Notes under the pieces: generated by a model
What the model was told of the DNA's origin: nothing
The model's input: only the letters and a program-made list of their open reading frames with translations
The model's database searches: none
Shown here: in pieces, positions 1-9,984 of the stretch
Position numbering within the stretch: position 1 is the stretch's first letter
Layout of the letters: each line of letters opens with the position of its first letter
Assembly (NCBI GenBank): GCA_003141895.1
Contig: PLNT01000036.1
Span: forward strand, 117,195-181,194
Reading direction: 5' to 3'
DNA: 64,000 nucleotides
Origin: Bacteroidales bacterium
Lineage (GTDB): Bacteria; Bacteroidota; Bacteroidia; Bacteroidales; VadinHA17
Translations under genes and position numbers: made by a program

Positions 1-257
1 TGCATCGGACTGGCAGAGAATTTATCACATTTCAAAACTCCGGACCAGTTTTTCACCGGCGCAGGAGCTTTCCATCTCAATTCACCTACGGGAGGAGCAG
101 CAAAGGGAATACCCTTGAAAATATTTATTTCACCGCTTTTGTACCCGGAGACCTGCCCGTTTTCTGTATTAACAACTGACAATTGAGCAGATAAACCCAT
201 TGAACAGAACACAATGGCTATACAAAACCAAAATCGCTGACCTATTAAATTTTTCAT
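1..257 (-). CDS. type-B carboxylesterase family protein, N-terminal part only (3' end lies outside the window)
   Basis: Reverse translation from ATG at 257 gives MKNLIGQRFWFCIAIVFCSMGLSAQ (signal peptide) followed by GEINIFKGIPFAAPPVGELRWKAP. That is the conserved N-terminal motif of type-B carboxylesterases. Confidence 0.7.
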   Translation of the reverse strand, partial: MKNLIGQRFWFCIAIVFCSMGLSAQLSVVNTENGQVSGYKSGEINIFKGIPFAAPPVGELRWKAPAPVKNWSGVLKCDKFSASPM

Positions 258-475
258 TTTTTATATTTTTATTGCAGGTATCTTTTTTTGATAATTGAAT
301 TCAGCTATTCTATTTGAATAAGTTTAAATTAGTCAACCAAGTTAATGATTCGAAAGATAAAATTGAACAGATAGGGAATATTTAAAGAATTTTGATAAGC
401 ATGTGAAAACCCTTTGTCGCTTCCCGCGGCATTCAGTGAGATAAATGAGAAGCACCGAGTTACACGGAGGAGCTT

Positions 476-533
476 CAACCTTAACCTTAACCTTAACCTT
501 ATGTGTTATGCCATTATGCCATTATGCCATTAA
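476..533. repeat. TTAACC hexamer run (476-502) followed by an octamer array, family B variant GCCATTAT x3 (503-533)
   Basis: Direct reading: caacct taacct taacct taacct ta / tgtgttatg ccattatg ccattatg ccatta. It lies about 58 nt upstream of the start codon at 591. Confidence 0.9.
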
Positions 534-590
534 AATTATATCTTTATATCGCCATTAAATACATGATAATCGAATTTTAAAATTTATACT

Positions 591-1040
591 ATGTCACTAA
601 CTGAGAAAATTGCCAGCGATCTGATTGCAGCAATGAAAGCTAAAGATAAAGTTGTCCTGGAAGCTATAAGGGCTGCAAAAACGGCATTTACCCTTGCCAG
701 AACCGAAAAAAGCGGTGATACAGTCCTGACTCCTGAAGAGGAATTGAAAATCATTCAGAAATTAGTAAAGCAGCGCAGGGAATCTGCTGCTATTTATAAA
801 GAACAAAACAGACCCGATTTATATGAGAAAGAGGTGATCGAAGCAGATGTTCTTGAAAAATATCTGCCTGCAAAAATGAGTGAAGAGGAATTGGTAAAAA
901 TTCTTAAAGTAATTATTGAACGTCTGGGTGCCAAATCACCTTCTGATATGGGCAAGGTAATGGGTATTGCCACAAAAGAACTCGCAGGAAAAGCCGATGG
1001 GAAAGAGATTTCTGAAAAGGTTAAACAATTGCTCGGATAA
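591..1040 (+). CDS. GatB/YqeY domain-containing protein
   Basis: 149 aa. The sequence MSLTEKIASDLIAAMKAKDKVVLEAIRAAKTAF...LVKQRRESAAIYKE...EKEVIEADVLEKYLP is the typical YqeY-like pattern. Confidence 0.8.
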   Translation: MSLTEKIASDLIAAMKAKDKVVLEAIRAAKTAFTLARTEKSGDTVLTPEEELKIIQKLVKQRRESAAIYKEQNRPDLYEKEVIEADVLEKYLPAKMSEEELVKILKVIIERLGAKSPSDMGKVMGIATKELAGKADGKEISEKVKQLLG

Positions 1041-1045
1041 AAAAA

Positions 1046-1084
1046 GGCGTAAGGGCGTAAAGGCCCAAAGACATAAGGGCTTAG
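1046..1084. repeat. octamer tandem array, family B in reverse orientation
   Basis: GGCGTAAG GGCGTAAA GGCCCAAA GACATAAG GGCTTAG. It starts 6 nt after the stop at 1040, between convergent genes. Confidence 0.9.
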
Positions 1085-1119
1085 TGTACAATGATACTCG
1101 ATAAGTAATATGCGGTGAG

Positions 1120-2505
1120 TTATTCAGTAATAAAACACGAAGCCGGTAAATTTGCCCCATTATAAAGGTTCGGAACCGCGGTATTTCTCCAGGCAAAACG
1201 TACTGAAACAGGAATTTTTACATTTTTTGACTGAACAATAACCTGCTGTCCTTTTATTTTTGCATCCGCATGGAAATATATTTTATCTGCACCTGCAATC
1301 TCAAAGTATGTAAGTTTGTCTCCCATTACATGTAATCCTTCACTATGATCAAATGAAATAATGGCTTTGTTCTTATCAATAGTGATATCCTTATAAAGCG
1401 GACCTGAATCCTCGGGTAATCCCTTTTTGTAGTACCTGTTCAAAGCAAGATAAGTGAGTCGCATAGCAGCATCCTGTTTATCTTTCGGATGAATATTCAA
1501 GGTATCACAAAGATCGCTCAGGACAGCCATACCAGTATTTGGCACGACGAGAGCTTTTCTCTGTGCATCCCTGACAATGACTCCTTCAAATGGATTTCCA
1601 TATTTATAAGGTGCTATCTGTGCGAAATAAAATGGGAAATCATATCCCCATTTTGATCTCCAGCTTCCAATTAAAGCGGAAAGCATTTCTTTATAAGCAT
1701 ATCCGTTAATTGTATTTGCCTCGCCCTGATACCACAGTGCTCCTGCAATATGGAATTGTATCATCGGTGAAATCATTGCATTATAAATTCTTGCAGGTTC
1801 AACCGGTCCCCATGGAACAGTTTTTTGCTTTGCAGCAGCTTCACGAAGAAAATCATCCTTCTGAGTGGCATCCTCAGGCATCCACGATTCGGCAGGTGTA
1901 CCGCCCCAGCTGGAATTAATGATCCCTATGGGCACGCCCAACTCTTTATTGAGTTTCCTTGCAAAGAAATAACCTATTGCACTGAAGTTCTTCATCACCT
2001 CAGGAGTACAAACTGACCAGTTACCGGAAAAATGATCCTGCGGATAGAGTGATGTTGAAGTATTAACAATGAATAAACGTATCTCCGGATAGTTGGCATT
2101 TTTTATTTCTTCTTCTCCGTTATCAATTCCCCACTGGGCTGACATTTCCATGTTTGACTGGCCGGAGCACAACCAAACCTCTCCTATTAATACATTTTTC
2201 AATACGATTTCATTCTGTCCTTTAATATGTATATTGAATGGCCCGCCTGCTGCTGGTGTCTTCATGGTTATCTTCCATGTACCCTGAACGCTTCCCAGTA
2301 CAGTGATCTCTTCATTCATCCAATCAGCTTTGATCACAACTTTTTCACCCGGTCTGGCCCATCCCCAGAAAATCACATCTGATTTCTGCTGCAGAACCAT
2401 GTTGTCTGAAAATATTTCCGGGAGAGAAATATTGGCCTTGCTGAACTGAAGAAAGATGAATAAAACAACTATTGTTATTGGAACTCTTTTTATAAATGTT
2501 TCCAT
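1120..2505 (-). CDS. sialate O-acetylesterase-like SGNH hydrolase
   Basis: 461 aa with a signal peptide. It carries the WLCSGQSNME block typical of sialic-acid 9-O-acetylesterase family proteins. Confidence 0.75.
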   Translation of the reverse strand: METFIKRVPITIVVLFIFLQFSKANISLPEIFSDNMVLQQKSDVIFWGWARPGEKVVIKADWMNEEITVLGSVQGTWKITMKTPAAGGPFNIHIKGQNEIVLKNVLIGEVWLCSGQSNMEMSAQWGIDNGEEEIKNANYPEIRLFIVNTSTSLYPQDHFSGNWSVCTPEVMKNFSAIGYFFARKLNKELGVPIGIINSSWGGTPAESWMPEDATQKDDFLREAAAKQKTVPWGPVEPARIYNAMISPMIQFHIAGALWYQGEANTINGYAYKEMLSALIGSWRSKWGYDFPFYFAQIAPYKYGNPFEGVIVRDAQRKALVVPNTGMAVLSDLCDTLNIHPKDKQDAAMRLTYLALNRYYKKGLPEDSGPLYKDITIDKNKAIISFDHSEGLHVMGDKLTYFEIAGADKIYFHADAKIKGQQVIVQSKNVKIPVSVRFAWRNTAVPNLYNGANLPASCFITE

Positions 2506-2592
2506 TTTGATATAATTTAGTGTACAAACATAATCAGAATCTCTGTTGTCCGTAAGTTTTTTACTGTCGAACCAGTCTGAGTTTTATTTCCA

Positions 2593-3942
2593 TTATTCAA
2601 GGATTAGTGTATATTCATTTCCCTTCCTGATCTTATCAATATATTTCCATTTTATTTCAACAGCGCTATTATCAGATATGATTAACTTATTGTCATGAAA
2701 GCTGATTGATTCTTCCGGGACAAAAATTTCTATCGATTTTACAAACCATATCTGATCTGCTATAACTGAAACTGTTTTATAATTAACAATATTCAGACTG
2801 TTATCTCCTTTTGCCAGTTTTAATAGGGTCGAATGGAGGATGGTAGAATCGTTTATTGCCTCAGCATGCATCGGGTCAAAGCCCTGAAATTCAGGAAATT
2901 CTTTAAATTTAAGAATAACCCTTATCCCGGGTTGTTTCATAAAAGCCTCATAGTTGATCATATGTTTTTGCTTCTCAAGTGTAGTGAAAATGTCTGCCTT
3001 TGCTCTCTCATAATGCATTTCAGGTAAGGCAGTTACATGCGGTGACATTTTTTTAATAAAGTAGTCATAAAGAAAGAGGCCGGATGAATAATACTCAGAT
3101 TGCCAGTTTTTATAATGTTTTGATAGAATTATGCACTGGGCCATTCCTGTTAATAAACATCTTCCTCTGAGGCTGTTTCTGCTGTACAAAGGTTCTTCCA
3201 GTGAATATAAGTACCTGTGGTTAATGTATTCCTGATCTGCAATATCTTTGGAAAAATGCTGAAGATAGCTATATTCGCAAAAAGTTGCCGGGCCCTCAAT
3301 TGATTCTGCTCCTTTTTCATAATCAATATATTTTGTTCCGATTATCTCTTCCCTTCTGGTTCTGCAGGAATAAAAAAGATCCAGGTTCTTTTGGAATTTT
3401 TCAGGAGGGCCGGATACCATTTCGAGCAATAATATATTTTCGAATTGCTTTATTGCAAAATTTCGTGCATCCTCAGGATAAGTCAGAAGATCCGCAGGAT
3501 TATCAAATTTGAGGTCTTTCACAAAATTGCGTTGATAAACGTGATGGAGCTCATGAAATAGCTCGGCATAGAACTGATTAATTGAAGAGTAGAATTGCTG
3601 GCCATAATCGTTATGTGCAGTTAATGTTCCATTAATCATTGTCTGTGTTGCGCCGAACAGTCCATATTCCGATTGATTTAACACATATATTCCATAGTTT
3701 AATAATCGGGCATCTTGAGGTGGAGCGGGATGATTAATAAGAAATGCCGGGCCGTTTAATCTGAATATGCAATATGGACCAATTTTCATGTCTGGCCATA
3801 TTGAGTTCTTAATGCTTTCAAGATTTTTTGAAAAATCAGAAAGTGAGTTCATGAAGACACTGTCAATAGCTTCAAGTTTTTGACCATCTGCCTTACAATA
3901 TGTTGACAGAACCAGTATTAGAATAAAAAAATAGCGTTTCAT
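2593..3942 (-). CDS. secreted hypothetical protein with HExxH motif (putative zinc metallopeptidase)
   Basis: 449 aa. The signal peptide is MKRYFFILILVLSTYCKADG and there is a single HELHH motif (AELFHELHHVYQ). I recognise no other family. Confidence 0.5.
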   Translation of the reverse strand: MKRYFFILILVLSTYCKADGQKLEAIDSVFMNSLSDFSKNLESIKNSIWPDMKIGPYCIFRLNGPAFLINHPAPPQDARLLNYGIYVLNQSEYGLFGATQTMINGTLTAHNDYGQQFYSSINQFYAELFHELHHVYQRNFVKDLKFDNPADLLTYPEDARNFAIKQFENILLLEMVSGPPEKFQKNLDLFYSCRTRREEIIGTKYIDYEKGAESIEGPATFCEYSYLQHFSKDIADQEYINHRYLYSLEEPLYSRNSLRGRCLLTGMAQCIILSKHYKNWQSEYYSSGLFLYDYFIKKMSPHVTALPEMHYERAKADIFTTLEKQKHMINYEAFMKQPGIRVILKFKEFPEFQGFDPMHAEAINDSTILHSTLLKLAKGDNSLNIVNYKTVSVIADQIWFVKSIEIFVPEESISFHDNKLIISDNSAVEIKWKYIDKIRKGNEYTLILE

Positions 3943-3999
3943 GAAATTTATGTTAATGTATTATATAGGGTTAGGTTTGCAAATATACAGTTTTGGATT

Positions 4000-4614
4000 T
4001 TATCTGGTATATGGCTGAATTTGTCCTTTCCAGAATTCGTTGAAGTCAGCTGCATAACTGTCAATTGCTAAATTAACAGATAATGTATTTGATCCATTCA
4101 GATATTTCTTAAACGCCATAATTGAAAAATAGCAGATCCCCACGCATACTACTACTTCCCAAAAAGAAAGAAAAAGAGATCTCCAGTGGAACCCGCCAAT
4201 ATATTCAACCATGTGTGCCGGATTTTTTGTTAAATCACACCAGGCCATGACCATAAGAGGAATAACGGCTAAAGCTGCTATGAACCATAATATTGATTTA
4301 TTATATAAAAGTTTGTCCATCCATTTTTTTCGTCTGGCAATAATACCAAGAATGTAATAAGAAATGTAAAGCGTAAAATATCCCAGTTGCAAACCAATTA
4401 TGTTTTTTCCTCCTATAGGATACACACAACGTAACAAAAATGCCGTTAAGCCACAAATCAGAATAAAAAGGGCAACATTCCATTGCGCAGGAGTATTCTC
4501 AGGTGTTATGTAACACCAGCCTCCTGAAGCTCCATAACCAATAGCAGTATGATGAATAAAAACAAGGACTGTTAATACAATTCGTAAATTGTCGAAATAA
4601 GGCGATCTTTTCAC
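4000..4614 (-). CDS. acyltransferase-3 (OafA/OpgC-like) family membrane protein, unusually short and possibly truncated
   Basis: The N-terminus YFDNLRIVLTVLVFIHHTAIGYG is the hallmark of the acyltransferase_3 family. It is only 204 aa, whereas family members as I recall them are about 350-400 aa. Confidence 0.5.
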   Translation of the reverse strand: MKRSPYFDNLRIVLTVLVFIHHTAIGYGASGGWCYITPENTPAQWNVALFILICGLTAFLLRCVYPIGGKNIIGLQLGYFTLYISYYILGIIARRKKWMDKLLYNKSILWFIAALAVIPLMVMAWCDLTKNPAHMVEYIGGFHWRSLFLSFWEVVVCVGICYFSIMAFKKYLNGSNTLSVNLAIDSYAADFNEFWKGQIQPYTR

Positions 4615-4659
4615 AACTGAATAGATTAGTTTGTATTATTTATGGTTTAGATTATGGAT

Positions 4660-4875
4660 CTATTTTAACCCGAACCGGTAGCTGAATTTAATAAGAAATA
4701 CATTATGGGGTTTATTATCAACGGTACTGAACAGGTTACCAAGATCGTTAAAAAGATCAAGACTTCCGTTAGTGTTTGAACTGTTTCTTGTCTGGCTCCA
4801 GATAAGATAGACAGAAGAACCTGGATCATATTCCCATCTGACTACCAGGTTGGACAGAAAAGCCTGGTAATTAAA
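4660..4875 (-). pseudogene. 3'-terminal remnant of an outer-membrane beta-barrel (DUF5916-like) gene
   Basis: The C-terminal about 70 aa read LVVRWEYDPGSSVYLIWSQTRN...NVFLIKFSYRFGLK, which resembles the end of a large beta-barrel protein. The upstream part of the track ORF overlaps the GT39 3' end and is not protein-like. Confidence 0.4.
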
Positions 4876-4978
4876 ATCCATTACGCCCTTTGAACTTACA
4901 CCGAATAGCAATCCGCACAGAGAGGTTAAAAATGTTAAATAAACAGATTTGAAAATCAATATATTATAAAATGATGAT

Positions 4979-6547
4979 CTACTTTTTTCGATAGATCTTC
5001 TTCTCCTCAACCGCTTTTTTCCTGTATACTTCCCTTACATTAACAGCATCGTTACACAAAAAAATAAGCAGCCCTTTTTCCCTTGACCAGGGATCGGATA
5101 TATGACCGATTTCTGTAACACTATTAAAAAGCTTTTTAATATCTCCAATCTCACTATTTATGTAAATAAACGGTCCGGCAGGAATTGTATCCGGTGCCCA
5201 CATCACATAGCTTTCCAGAAATGTTATAGCATCAGGTAAATTATATTCTTTCCCGTAGAAATGAATTGCTCCGGCGGCACCATAATCTCTTTCAACATAA
5301 ACTGTACACTTTTTTTGGTCAGCCGCGGTTAATTGTTCATATACTTTTCCTGTATAACCTGCCAGTTCATGCCAGCCGGTCATGTCGGCGTATATCTGGG
5401 AAATATTGTGGGTTTTCCCATCTTCCCACCGCGAGAAGGGATAATTGATCCAATGCTCCGTTTTTGCAGTATAACTATTTAATTTTTCGAATGATAATAA
5501 AGGCAATCCGTATGGTAATGCCACAAGGGAAAAGGCAACAGATATAACTAAAACAACATAATTTACCACGACCAGTCTGCCAGCAAAATATCTTTCCATG
5601 GCGAGACCACCATATGCAAACAGGAATGGCACTAAACCAAGTATATAATATCCTTTACCTTTAATAATAAAGAAGATAAGGATAATGATAAATGAGGCCA
5701 TACCCAGGTATTGGTTATTCTTTTCCCTTTTCATGAATAAAAGTGAAAAAAGACCAAACAGCCATATGAATGTAGAAGCCAGATTCAGACTATAGATATC
5801 TGTGAAGTAGTTAATGTACTTCAGATTTACCATTTGGGTCCGTTTTAATTCACTAATATGAAATATCACAGGCCATCCATGAATATATTGCCACAGAATG
5901 TTGGGAAGAATGATCGCTATTCCAAGAATCAGGGAGAAATAAAAATACTTTGAATTCAACAATTTTCTGTAACTGGAAAACATTAAAGCAATGAAAAATC
6001 CAATTATGTAAAACAGCACCGAATACTTGTTCATAAACGACAGCCCCAATAAAATGCCAATCATGATCCAGAGCCTGGGATTGCTTTGACTTGTCATTCT
6101 GAATATAATATAGGTTGTCAGGAGCCAAAGGAATTGTTCAATGACATTAGGAGTGAATAATGTATCAAAGAGTAAAAAACCGGTTGATAAAAGGAATGCG
6201 GTTGATGCTATGACAAGGGCGAGGATGCCACCTCCTGAAACCTTTACTATTCTTGCAACTATAAACAGTGAAGATGCTCCAAGTAACGCAGGGATAAACC
6301 TGATGCCAAATACGGAATAACCGAAAATTGTTTTAACAACAAATGCCAGAAATCCCATAACGGGCGGTACTGTTGCATAACCGAGACTGAGATGATCTGC
6401 CATGTTGAAGTAAAGCATTTCATCGCGATGAAGCTCGTAATTAGTATTTGTGAAGAGATGCAAGCAGAGTTTGGCAATAATGAAGAGGCTTGCGACAACC
6501 CAGTATTTGCTTATTTTAAGTTTAGAAAGGGCTCTATAATCAGTCAT
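4979..6547 (-). CDS. glycosyltransferase family 39 (ArnT/PMT-like) membrane protein
   Basis: 522 aa with more than 10 predicted TM helices. The N-terminal HRDEMLYF...GYATVPP motif and the soluble C-terminal domain are typical of GT39. Confidence 0.75.
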   Translation of the reverse strand: MTDYRALSKLKISKYWVVASLFIIAKLCLHLFTNTNYELHRDEMLYFNMADHLSLGYATVPPVMGFLAFVVKTIFGYSVFGIRFIPALLGASSLFIVARIVKVSGGGILALVIASTAFLLSTGFLLFDTLFTPNVIEQFLWLLTTYIIFRMTSQSNPRLWIMIGILLGLSFMNKYSVLFYIIGFFIALMFSSYRKLLNSKYFYFSLILGIAIILPNILWQYIHGWPVIFHISELKRTQMVNLKYINYFTDIYSLNLASTFIWLFGLFSLLFMKREKNNQYLGMASFIIILIFFIIKGKGYYILGLVPFLFAYGGLAMERYFAGRLVVVNYVVLVISVAFSLVALPYGLPLLSFEKLNSYTAKTEHWINYPFSRWEDGKTHNISQIYADMTGWHELAGYTGKVYEQLTAADQKKCTVYVERDYGAAGAIHFYGKEYNLPDAITFLESYVMWAPDTIPAGPFIYINSEIGDIKKLFNSVTEIGHISDPWSREKGLLIFLCNDAVNVREVYRKKAVEEKKIYRKK

Positions 6548-6878
6548 AATAAAGGAATTTCTTAAAAAACAGATTTAGTCCGGCTCCATCGGTTGGTGTG
6601 TGATTCATATTAATACAAAGCACATCTTTATTACCGCTTCTGAAGACTTTGGCTCTTACGATAAGGAACCTGAATGGTTGTATTTCACTGGTCAGAAATT
6701 CATTAATCTCTGGTTCAGGGTCGCCGTTTACTTCAGTCAGATCAATCAATAGATCAGAAAAGAATATTACACATCGCATCAGCTGGTCATAGTATGAACG
6801 TAGAAAAAACTGAATCTGGTCTGAAATTTCTGAAGATATCTCAGCCGGGATACTTTTTTGAAGATATTCAATATTCAT
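6540..6878 (-). CDS. short hypothetical protein ending in an HxxxDG (condensation/acyltransferase-like) motif, possibly a gene fragment
   Basis: An internal Met (MNIEYLQKS...) lies at 6878. The C-terminus reads CINMNHTPTDGAGLNLF. The track ORF (to 7022) is extended artificially through a sigma-factor remnant in another frame. Confidence 0.35.
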   Translation of the reverse strand: MNIEYLQKSIPAEISSEISDQIQFFLRSYYDQLMRCVIFFSDLLIDLTEVNGDPEPEINEFLTSEIQPFRFLIVRAKVFRSGNKDVLCINMNHTPTDGAGLNLFFKKFLYYD

Positions 6879-6918
6879 GATTATGCTTATTAGATAAATA
6901 TAGACAAAAAACTTTTTG

Positions 6919-7177
6919 TCATTTTCCGAATACAGTAATGATCCTGCTCCTTGCCCTTGAAAAAATTGAATGCGAAGTACTGCTTGGTATGCACAATATT
7001 TCAGCAATCTCTTCATGGTCATAACCTTCTAAAAGATAAAGTGAAATGATATTCCGGTATTTTTCAGGAAGTTTACTGATAAACCCTCATAACTTTATTC
7101 ATCCTTGGATCAGATTCATTTTCAGCATAATCTGACTCATTAATATTATCTTCCACAAAGTCCCTGAAATGTAAGCT
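6919..7177 (-). pseudogene. ECF sigma-70 factor remnant (regions 3/4 only) with frameshift
   Basis: My translation gives FRDFVEDNINESDYAENESDPRMNKVMRV, then a frameshift near 7085. It continues ISKLPEKYRNIISLYLLEGYDHEEIAEILCIPSSTSHSIFSRARSRIITVFGK with a stop at 6919-6921. Region 2 is absent. Confidence 0.6.
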
Positions 7178-7433
7178 TTACAATAATGAAGATTACAATA
7201 ACAACAGAAATATGGTAAACCATATTTCTTAATGATCTGATAACTTCATCTTTAGTCCTGAAAATTGATTCTCCTGACGCTCGAACCTTGATTACCAGAA
7301 GCCTCATAGATAGCCATGCATAGATAATTAGCTGAACTCCCGTAGCGGGATTAATGAAAAAACCAATGCCATTCGGAGAAGGCAGTCATGCATTTCCAAA
7401 CGACATTGGTAACCTAAAATTTAAACTAACTTT

Positions 7434-8258
7434 CTATTTGGATGCTTTTTTCACATATATATCTCCCTGCATATTCTTCATCATCATTTCAGGTCCCCCA
7501 CCATTTATTTTCCCATAAACCCAATCATCCTTTTTTATCTTGTATAACCCTGGCTCGGTGGTCTTGTCTATTTTTGCAGGAGTTTTATCAACATCGATGT
7601 CAAAGTCACTGAATACATCTCCGTTATCTGATTTTAGTTTCAGATTTGCTTTTGTATCAGCAGGAAGAGTAACATTAACATCGCCGTTCAGTGTTGAGAA
7701 TGCCATGGCTGCCTTAGGATCAATCGCCTTAAAGTTAACTTCAACATCTCCGTTAACAGTGTTGGCAACAACGGAGCCTGAAATATTAGTAAGAGTGATC
7801 TTGTCATTGACGTTATTTACTTCCAGTTCACCCCTGATATTTTCAACCGTCACGTCTCCATCGTTAACTGTACCTATCTGAAGTTTTACATCCTGGGGGG
7901 CTTTAATATCCAGATCAATAGCTTTATTAGGGTTACCTGTATTCACTGTAACATTATTATCAGCCTCCTTAGCAGTAACTTCAAAGCTGCCATGAGTTGA
8001 AATACGTTTCATACCGCTTACGGTTTTCGATCCTTCATCATCATTGCCATCTCTTGGACTTACGTTGATTACGACGTCTTTTCCTTCGTAACCAGTAACC
8101 TTAATTGATCCTGAAACAAGGTGTACTTTCAGTGAGTAAGATTTACCTGGACTGCTTAAAGGAACAGTCAGGGTCTGAGTTGCATCTGATTGAGCTAATG
8201 ACTTCAGTGTAAACATGAGGCTTAGTAATACCAGGCCTGCAATTTTCATTTTTTTCAT
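7434..8258 (-). CDS. DUF4097 family beta-strand repeat protein (putative adhesin-like), secreted
   Basis: 274 aa with a signal peptide. It has repeated G(D/S)V.V..... motifs (NTVNGDVEVNF, LNGDVNVTL, SDNGDVFS). Confidence 0.7.
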   Translation of the reverse strand: MKKMKIAGLVLLSLMFTLKSLAQSDATQTLTVPLSSPGKSYSLKVHLVSGSIKVTGYEGKDVVINVSPRDGNDDEGSKTVSGMKRISTHGSFEVTAKEADNNVTVNTGNPNKAIDLDIKAPQDVKLQIGTVNDGDVTVENIRGELEVNNVNDKITLTNISGSVVANTVNGDVEVNFKAIDPKAAMAFSTLNGDVNVTLPADTKANLKLKSDNGDVFSDFDIDVDKTPAKIDKTTEPGLYKIKKDDWVYGKINGGGPEMMMKNMQGDIYVKKASK

Positions 8259-8269
8259 AATTGTATGGA

Positions 8270-9136
8270 TTAAGATTGTTTTTTAATATATACGTTTCCA
8301 TTAAGTGTTTCGAATTTAAATGTCTTGCCTCCTTTTCCAAAACGGACAGAGGTAGTGCTGTTGAGTTTGTAAACAATTCCATCGCCTTTCTTATCCTGCA
8401 CTTTTGATACTGAAGCAGGTAATAATTCTGCTTTCGGGAAATCGGTATAGAATTCACCATTCATGCTTTTGAATTGCAGATCGGCTGAAAGATCGGGCTG
8501 ATAGTTTACATTAATATTCCCATTTATGGTATAATAGGATGATTCTTCAGGCGGATTTGTAAGGTACGTTACAGTCACATCACCATTCACTGTGTGTGCG
8601 AAAGTAGTTCCCTTAGCGTTTTTAATTGATATTTCCTCATTCACATTGTTTACATGCAATGTTCCGCTTACATTATTTACCGTAATTATGCCATCATTCA
8701 CTGTTGAAATGTGAAGGTTCACACCATACGGAACTTTAACAGTAAAATCAACATTGTAATTATAATCTATTTCAGTACGATCGTCATTATAATGCCAGTT
8801 ACTATGAGGCCTTGAATCATAAGGAGATGAAATGTAAGCCATTATTGTATCTGTTCTCTCGTCAAAACCCAGTTTGAATTCCTTTTTGCCAATTTCAAGG
8901 TTTTTGTCATCATCAGCCATGATTGTTTTATCCATCTCAAGCACTACTTTATTCCCAGCGTAGCCTTCCACTTTTATAAAACCTGAAATATTATAGATAT
9001 ACAATATAGATTCAGTTGCATTACCGGTTATTGTAAATTCTTTGCTAACATGCTCTTTAAATTCCCTGGCATTTGCCATTGGAATAGTGCATATGATTCC
9101 CAGTCCCATTAGTAGGGTGACTATTACTTTTTTCAT
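8270..9136 (-). CDS. DUF4097 family beta-strand repeat protein, secreted (paralogue of the downstream gene)
   Basis: 288 aa with a signal peptide. Motifs are VNDGIITVNNVSGTLHVNNVNEEISI, TVNGDVTVTY, INGNINVNY and LNGNVYIKK. Confidence 0.7.
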   Translation of the reverse strand: MKKVIVTLLMGLGIICTIPMANAREFKEHVSKEFTITGNATESILYIYNISGFIKVEGYAGNKVVLEMDKTIMADDDKNLEIGKKEFKLGFDERTDTIMAYISSPYDSRPHSNWHYNDDRTEIDYNYNVDFTVKVPYGVNLHISTVNDGIITVNNVSGTLHVNNVNEEISIKNAKGTTFAHTVNGDVTVTYLTNPPEESSYYTINGNINVNYQPDLSADLQFKSMNGEFYTDFPKAELLPASVSKVQDKKGDGIVYKLNSTTSVRFGKGGKTFKFETLNGNVYIKKQS

Positions 9137-9157
9137 AATCTATTGAATATTAGTTTT

Positions 9158-9976
9158 TCAGATCAGTTTTTGAATGCTTTTCTCGATTTTGATTTTAACC
9201 ATCTTATTCAGATCTTTTTTAGCAAGCAGTTTCTGCAGAGACTGAACAGAGCTTTTCTCCTGCAATAGAACCATGATATCTGCTATCGCCGATTGCATGA
9301 TTGGCGATTCCTGCGTGTTTATGCTTCTCACAAGACCTTCGCGGACGCGTGGATTGCCCGATAATTTTGCAAGAGCTTCAAGAGTAGCAAGACGCACGTT
9401 TACATTTGGATCTTCATTTAAAGTTGTAAAAAGAGCGTCAATTACTTTGGTATCCACATTTTTTATATCGTCGGTATATGACACTGCCTGTATCCGTTGT
9501 GAAGCCGATGGATCCTGAAGAAGTGATAGCATCATAACCTGTTTCATTTCCGAAATCTGCGAAGAGAGAGACTCAATCTGCCTGTTATAAGAGCTTGTTG
9601 TTTCACCGGGTCTGTGCAGCAGATAACCTAAAGTGAGACCACATATTACCAGGAGAAGGCTGAATGCCATACGAGGCCGGGCTTTCAGTGACCAATATTC
9701 GCGAAGCATGTTAATCCATTCGGTTGCCGGATTTCTCCTGGAAATAAGTTCTTCCTTATAATTAGAGAGTAAAGCGTCGAAACCGGCGTGCATAGCAGTG
9801 GAAGGTTCCGGCTGGGGAATTTCGCCCATAAGTTCCCATACTTTTCTGGCGGCATCAAATTCAGCCCGGCAATCTGCACAACCTTCCAGATGTCTTTCAA
9901 TCTCATTTCTCTGTTCCTGATCAAGATCGTCAGTCAGCATTAATAGAAATTGTTCCCTGTAGTCTTTGCAATTCAT
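9158..9976 (-). CDS. anti-sigma factor (zf-HC2) with one TM helix and a C-terminal HEAT-repeat domain
   Basis: The zinc-finger motif is HLEGCADCRAEF. The TM helix is FSLLLVICGLTLGYLL. The C-terminus carries HEAT-like repeats (NVNVRLATLEALAKLSGNPRVREGL). Confidence 0.75.
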   Translation of the reverse strand: MNCKDYREQFLLMLTDDLDQEQRNEIERHLEGCADCRAEFDAARKVWELMGEIPQPEPSTAMHAGFDALLSNYKEELISRRNPATEWINMLREYWSLKARPRMAFSLLLVICGLTLGYLLHRPGETTSSYNRQIESLSSQISEMKQVMMLSLLQDPSASQRIQAVSYTDDIKNVDTKVIDALFTTLNEDPNVNVRLATLEALAKLSGNPRVREGLVRSINTQESPIMQSAIADIMVLLQEKSSVQSLQKLLAKKDLNKMVKIKIEKSIQKLI

Positions 9977-9984
9977 ATTAGTTT

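Noticed and set aside
476-502. I considered the TTAACC hexamer runs (also at 39142-39167) as telomere-like repeats or ends of a linear replicon.
   Set aside because: There are only 4 units, embedded between ordinary genes and mixed with other repeat families. Nothing indicates a replicon end.
6540-7022. I considered the 160-aa track ORF as a single gene.
   Set aside because: Its first about 48 codons are an out-of-frame read-through of an ECF sigma region-4 remnant, which is clearly readable in another frame. Only the part from the internal Met (6878) might be real.
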